From positions 372,001-436,000 of the forward strand of contig OW569351.1 in the NCBI GenBank assembly GCA_937625935.1: DNA of 64,000 bases. Direction: 5' to 3'. Made by a program: the position numbers and the translations under genes. Numbering within the stretch: position 1 is the first letter of the stretch; every line of letters begins with the position of its first letter. A model generated the notes under the pieces. The model searched no databases. It worked only from the letters and a program-made list of their open reading frames with translations, and was not told the origin of the DNA. Below, one piece after another: positions 59,751-64,000 of this stretch. The stretch comes from Tetramitus jugosus. Lineage: Eukaryota > Protista > Heterolobosea.

Positions 59751-60809
59751 TTATTCGTCGTTGGAAGTTTTTGCTTTCTTGCTGGCAGGTGACTCGCTGC
59801 CCTTTGGTGCACCCTTTCTCTTTGTTTTCTTTTGTTTGTATCCAGTGTTGGTCGGGTCTTCCAAATATGCCAAAATACGACTCTCTATTTCTCTTCTCCT
59901 TCCAGCCTTCTTGATCTTATTCGCTGCACAAAACTCCTTCAACTCTGCTTCCCAATAGTGTTGTTGCAATTCATCTCGAGTGATGCCTTTCTGAATTGGT
60001 TTTCTTGTCTGGCGGATTTTATCATTCAGTTCAGATCTTGACACCTTAAACTCATCACCTACCTCATCGTCATCAATCTTCTTCTTTTTCGATTTTCCAG
60101 TGCTTGTTTTCTTTGATGAGCTCTGCTGGCTGGTACTGGTGCTTCTTTTTCCACCACTGCTCCTCTTATTCTTCTGCTTGTTGCTTGTTTCTTCCTCTTC
60201 TTCACTCTCATTCTCCTCTGCTTCTTCATCCTCGGACAACAAACCTGGGAATGCAATATTTAAAATGTGATACATGATATTAATTTTTCCGCCACTCGTC
60301 TTCACACCAATCAACTTTCCAGCCTCCTTCATATCAGCAAGCTTCAACTTTTCAAACAGTGTGCGACTACCATTCAACAAAATCTCATCGGCCAAATCAT
60401 CAGCGTACTCTTTTTTCGATTTTGCATCCGTTTCAAACTCCAACAGATTGACAAAGCCCTTTAGTGTGTTCAATTCCAACTTTGCAAAGAATCCATCAAT
60501 ACCAACAGACTCATTGCTCACTGCATCCATAAACAGTTCCTTTAGCTCTGATTTTTTAGTTTCTTTGGAGTCAACCTTAATCTTGCCTTCTTGCAATGCT
60601 CTTCTCAAATCTTCAACCTTTACTTTTTCAATAAACTTGTTGATTCCGTCTTCGTAGCTCCATTCGATCAATCCTGCGACGGTATCTGTTTTTGTGACCG
60701 TTTTTTTGCCAGGTGCTCGATCAATGACCGCATTCGACAGTTTGACCATCTTTTGCAAGAGTGGTAAACTCAGTTTTTTCAATAATCCAGATAAATTCTC
60801 CACTGACAT
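59751..60809 (-). CDS. SAP/HeH-like repeat, K-rich putative nucleic-acid-binding protein
   Basis: ELKEFCAANKIKKAGRRREIESRILAYL and DMKEAGKLIGVKTSGGKINIMYHIL resemble SAP motifs; basic NLS-like tracts. Confidence 0.65.
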   Translation of the reverse strand: MSVENLSGLLKKLSLPLLQKMVKLSNAVIDRAPGKKTVTKTDTVAGLIEWSYEDGINKFIEKVKVEDLRRALQEGKIKVDSKETKKSELKELFMDAVSNESVGIDGFFAKLELNTLKGFVNLLEFETDAKSKKEYADDLADEILLNGSRTLFEKLKLADMKEAGKLIGVKTSGGKINIMYHILNIAFPGLLSEDEEAEENESEEEEETSNKQKNKRSSGGKRSTSTSQQSSSKKTSTGKSKKKKIDDDEVGDEFKVSRSELNDKIRQTRKPIQKGITRDELQQHYWEAELKEFCAANKIKKAGRRREIESRILAYLEDPTNTGYKQKKTKRKGAPKGSESPASKKAKTSNDE

Positions 60810-61080
60810 CTTTGTTGTTTGTGTGATCGCTCTGTATCAATATATATATTATATCAAGATAAATAATTACACGTTGTTGGCTTCTTGCAATAACGATCAG
60901 CTGCTGCTGTTTTTTTGGTCTCGATCGTTTCTCAAACGGATTTTCAATCTCCATTCTCCGACGTTACAATCAGGTTTTTGGCGCCTTCGGATTTACGATT
61001 CAGAACGAAAAAGTGGATCGTGATCGATTGTGTTGTTCTCAAGAAGCTTCGAGCATCACTAGAGCAGATAATCAGGACCT

Positions 61081-63585
61081 ATGAACGACGCTTTAGAAGC
61101 TCTGAGGTTAGAAAACCAACGCCTTATCACGGAGAACAATCAATTACATCAAGATGCAATCAAACGTGGGGAAGCATCAAAAAAGAAGGATTTTGAGAAT
61201 GAACAGACAATCACTCAACTAAAACGACAATATCACGAACAATTATCGATTAATAATGTGCTGAATCACCAGAATAGCAGTATCGAATCAGAATATCTCA
61301 ATTTGAAGAGAAGATGGGAACAACACTTGTCTTCTGAGAATCGTAGCTTATCTACTGGAGAAGAAGCTCTAAACAATGACAAACGAGTGGTTCAGATTAA
61401 AAAGCAATTTCTTTCAACAACTGGATCACTTCCTAACAAAAATGATGAGAAAGAGACGATATCGTTGAACGAAAATATGGAAGATACGCATCGAGCTGAA
61501 ATTAACTCCCTGTCAGAAATGTTGAAGAAGAAAACGGAAGAGTTAGATTCAACAATATCTATAATACGGAAACATGAACAGATCATAAAAGAAATGGAGG
61601 AAAAAGTGATGAGCAGAGATAAGGAAATTGGTAGACTATCCCTATTGATAGAAGGGACAGGAGGAAGAACAGTAGGTGTAATTCAGTCTGATTACGTGCA
61701 TAAAAGTAATGTCGAGACGGTTCAACAACTACAAGAGCAAATCGATTTTCTCCAGAGGCAACTTGAAACAGCTCATGATTTCGAGCTAGAGTACGAAGAT
61801 TTAAAGAATATCAAATTGGAAAGGGACAGCTTGTCTCGGAGACTAAAGGAAACTGATCGCAAATTGCAACAACTCACGATTGAATACAACGAACTTCTAC
61901 GGAAATCAATGACTGTTCAAAAGCAAACATCTTTCACAGAAGAAAAACTGAAACTAGGAAACGAAAAAATTCGATCGCTAGAGCAGTTGGTTAAACAGAG
62001 AGATGATGATATTGATCAGTTAAAAATGTTATGTGAGGAGTTAGATCGAACAAGATGGCTTCTGGAGGAAGACATAAGAGCATTTCAACAGGAGGCAAAG
62101 AGTTCAGATCAGAGAGCTTCTGTTCTACATAGACAAAATGAAGAGCTCAAGAGACATTCTTCTGAACGAAATATGCAGATCGAAAAACTTCAAGCCTCAA
62201 TTTCTGATTTGGACTCAAAAATTGATCAGTTGTCCAGCCAACTCGATGACAGTGAGATTAAATGTGCTCGCATTCAAGATTCTCACGACAATTTAGTAGC
62301 AGAGAATGAAGAATACAAAAGGAATTCTCATGACTATCAAATCAAGCTTGAGAGGCAGATACAACAGATAAAGGACGGAGAAAGACAAATTGCTCAACTT
62401 AAACACACAATTTCTCATTTGGAAGAACAGCATGAGTACATTAGCCAAGAAAACCGCCTCAACAAAGACGAAATTCACAATGTGTCGGATGATATGAAAC
62501 GATTGAAAGAGGAGAACCAGTATCTGCATAGTCAAATTGCAAAAGTGTCTGCAGAGATTGAAGCTTCCAAGAAGCAGTGGGAGAACTCTGTCGCTGAAGG
62601 AATAGATTTGAAGCATATCATATCAGCCAAAGACGAAGAGCTCGATCAACTGGTATCCTCATATCGGGAGATGAGTTCAGAATACAACAAAACCAAGGAT
62701 AGTGTCTCTATTCTCGAGAGGGAGTGTTCTGATCTCAAACTTAAACTTAATCACAAAGACCAGGAGTTGCAGCATCTCGCAAATCGATTGCAAGAGATGG
62801 AAGAGAGAGAACATCAGATGATTGTAGATTTAAATTCCTTCCATCACCAGAACGAGTTGCTATCAAACCAAAATGTATTTTATTCTGAACAAGGAAAAGA
62901 GATCGAACAAGAGAAGGAAAATTTGATGCACGAAATCTCTCATCTGAAACACATGAACATTGAGACCGAAAAACTATTGGCTGAAGCTAAAACCGAATTG
63001 ATTCAAAAGAGGTTAGACTTAGAACATGTGACAGGTTTATTAACTGATCTAGAAGGTCAAAAATCGAAGATAGAGGACGAAAATAGACAGGAAAAGGGCC
63101 ATATCTTTGATATGGAGAAAAGAATGTCAGAACTGAGTGTTCAACTCCTATGTTCAACAACAGCCGAGAAGGAGAATAAGATGTTAATACAACAATTAAC
63201 TCAGAGACTGAGTGAACTAGAACAAACAAATGAAAGCTTGTCAATACAAGTCAAGAAGAATCGAACAATGGAGTTGCAGTTGCAGGAAAAAGCCATCCAA
63301 CTCGAAAACTCGAGGATAAAAGTGGAGGACTTGAACCAAAAGATTGAACAGCATATCGAATCTCATTTCAAACTATCCAAAGATATGGAAGCAATGAAAG
63401 CTAGTTTAATTCAAGCAGATGAACAAATTGACCAACTCCATCAAGAACTGAGCACTGAAAAATCAAGCAAAGATAGTTTGTTGCATGAGATTCAGGACCT
63501 TAAAGATGAATCGAAGCAACTCAAAACAATGTTGTCTGCAATGAGACAAGACAACCAACGACTTCAAGATTTGCTGCTCGAATAA
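61081..63585 (+). CDS. CEP135/BLD10-like centriolar coiled-coil protein
   Basis: LRLENQRLITENNQLH and RDKEIGRLSLLIEG..GR..QQLQEQIDFLQ resemble conserved CEP135 segments. Confidence 0.65.
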   Translation: MNDALEALRLENQRLITENNQLHQDAIKRGEASKKKDFENEQTITQLKRQYHEQLSINNVLNHQNSSIESEYLNLKRRWEQHLSSENRSLSTGEEALNNDKRVVQIKKQFLSTTGSLPNKNDEKETISLNENMEDTHRAEINSLSEMLKKKTEELDSTISIIRKHEQIIKEMEEKVMSRDKEIGRLSLLIEGTGGRTVGVIQSDYVHKSNVETVQQLQEQIDFLQRQLETAHDFELEYEDLKNIKLERDSLSRRLKETDRKLQQLTIEYNELLRKSMTVQKQTSFTEEKLKLGNEKIRSLEQLVKQRDDDIDQLKMLCEELDRTRWLLEEDIRAFQQEAKSSDQRASVLHRQNEELKRHSSERNMQIEKLQASISDLDSKIDQLSSQLDDSEIKCARIQDSHDNLVAENEEYKRNSHDYQIKLERQIQQIKDGERQIAQLKHTISHLEEQHEYISQENRLNKDEIHNVSDDMKRLKEENQYLHSQIAKVSAEIEASKKQWENSVAEGIDLKHIISAKDEELDQLVSSYREMSSEYNKTKDSVSILERECSDLKLKLNHKDQELQHLANRLQEMEEREHQMIVDLNSFHHQNELLSNQNVFYSEQGKEIEQEKENLMHEISHLKHMNIETEKLLAEAKTELIQKRLDLEHVTGLLTDLEGQKSKIEDENRQEKGHIFDMEKRMSELSVQLLCSTTAEKENKMLIQQLTQRLSELEQTNESLSIQVKKNRTMELQLQEKAIQLENSRIKVEDLNQKIEQHIESHFKLSKDMEAMKASLIQADEQIDQLHQELSTEKSSKDSLLHEIQDLKDESKQLKTMLSAMRQDNQRLQDLLLE

Positions 63586-63810
63586 ATCTATTCCATGATG
63601 CAATCAAGTTTGAACGGGTATTCTTCACAAATTCCCATCCTCAACATGAAGTTTCCAATTGGCACTAGGCCAAAAAACAGAACAAATCAAACCATAAAAA
63701 CTGATTGTTGTTCCAGAGACAGAGGAGAAAGAGCATGACTAACCATACTCATGAGGATATCATCAGAAGGCGAAAAATGGTGAATCCGAATCACTTGCAC
63801 AGATCCTCCA

Positions 63811-63840
63811 CAACAACAACAACAACAACAACAACAACAG
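63811..63840. repeat. (CAA)9CAG microsatellite
   Basis: Read directly. Confidence 0.9.
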
Positions 63841-63842
63841 TG

Positions 63843-64000
63843 ATGCGCAACAGTGATGACGGCAATCATGATGATGAAAATTCACTCAATCTCATGTATG
63901 ACAATAACAACAACAGTATGAATCATAATCATGCATCACCAATGGTGATGATACTTGATTCATTGAGCAATGATGTCATACAGGAGATTATGAGCTTTCT
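63843..64000 (+). CDS. Partial F-box protein (runs off window)
   Basis: Open frame MRNSDDG..ILDSLSNDVIQEIMSF matches an F-box start; alternative in-frame ATG at 63777. Confidence 0.55.
   Translation, partial: MRNSDDGNHDDENSLNLMYDNNNNSMNHNHASPMVMILDSLSNDVIQEIMSF

Noticed and set aside
683-63244. Many 60-230 aa antisense or alternate-frame ORFs in the track (e.g. 56817-57443, 58038-58727, 39868-40560)
   Set aside because: They are shadows of well-supported genes, expected from codon bias and low complexity; no independent motifs.
63687-63869. Poly-Cys ORF
   Set aside because: Antisense translation of the (CAA)n microsatellite.
1-64000. CRISPR array, rRNA, spliceosomal snRNA, alternative genetic code, or bacterial contamination
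   Set aside because: No repeat-spacer array or rRNA/snRNA signature seen; TAA, TAG and TGA all end genes; the bacterial-like genes sit among intron-containing eukaryotic genes and carry host-style low-complexity extensions.

Overview
This is a gene-dense eukaryotic (protist) window: about 33 protein genes, short GT-AG introns (17 inferred, 56-172 nt), tiny intergenic gaps, standard genetic code and CAA/AAC-rich leaders. The mix of amoeboid actin-binding genes, centriole/flagellar genes and a LysC-LysA fusion suggests a heterolobosean-like amoeboflagellate; this is inference, not a database result. Recognisable genes are an ABP34-like EF-hand actin bundler, a calmodulin-like protein, kinesin-2, SUV3, UPF2, a MORN protein, CTP synthase, KRI1, a tandem ADF-H/SHOCT protein, MYBBP1A/Pol5, CEP85-like, aspartokinase-DAP decarboxylase, an RCC1-repeat protein, ISD11, a Thg1-like protein, FAM149-like, two F-box genes, a MORN-VPS9 (alsin-like) protein, ALKBH6, a stand-alone TrpB, CLP1, cytosolic IleRS and CEP135-like. 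There are two tRNA genes: Lys(CTT) and an intron-containing Glu(TTC). The most striking feature is that tRNA-Lys sits between two direct-repeat-flanked inserts. Downstream is a 578-bp insert bounded by a perfect 23-bp duplication of the tRNA 3' end plus terminator, resembling bacterial attL/attR. Upstream is a 344-bp insert bounded by a perfect 16-bp duplication at -30 to -45, resembling Dictyostelium TRE5. These may be two distinct tRNA-targeting mobile element families. All family assignments come from motif recognition by eye.
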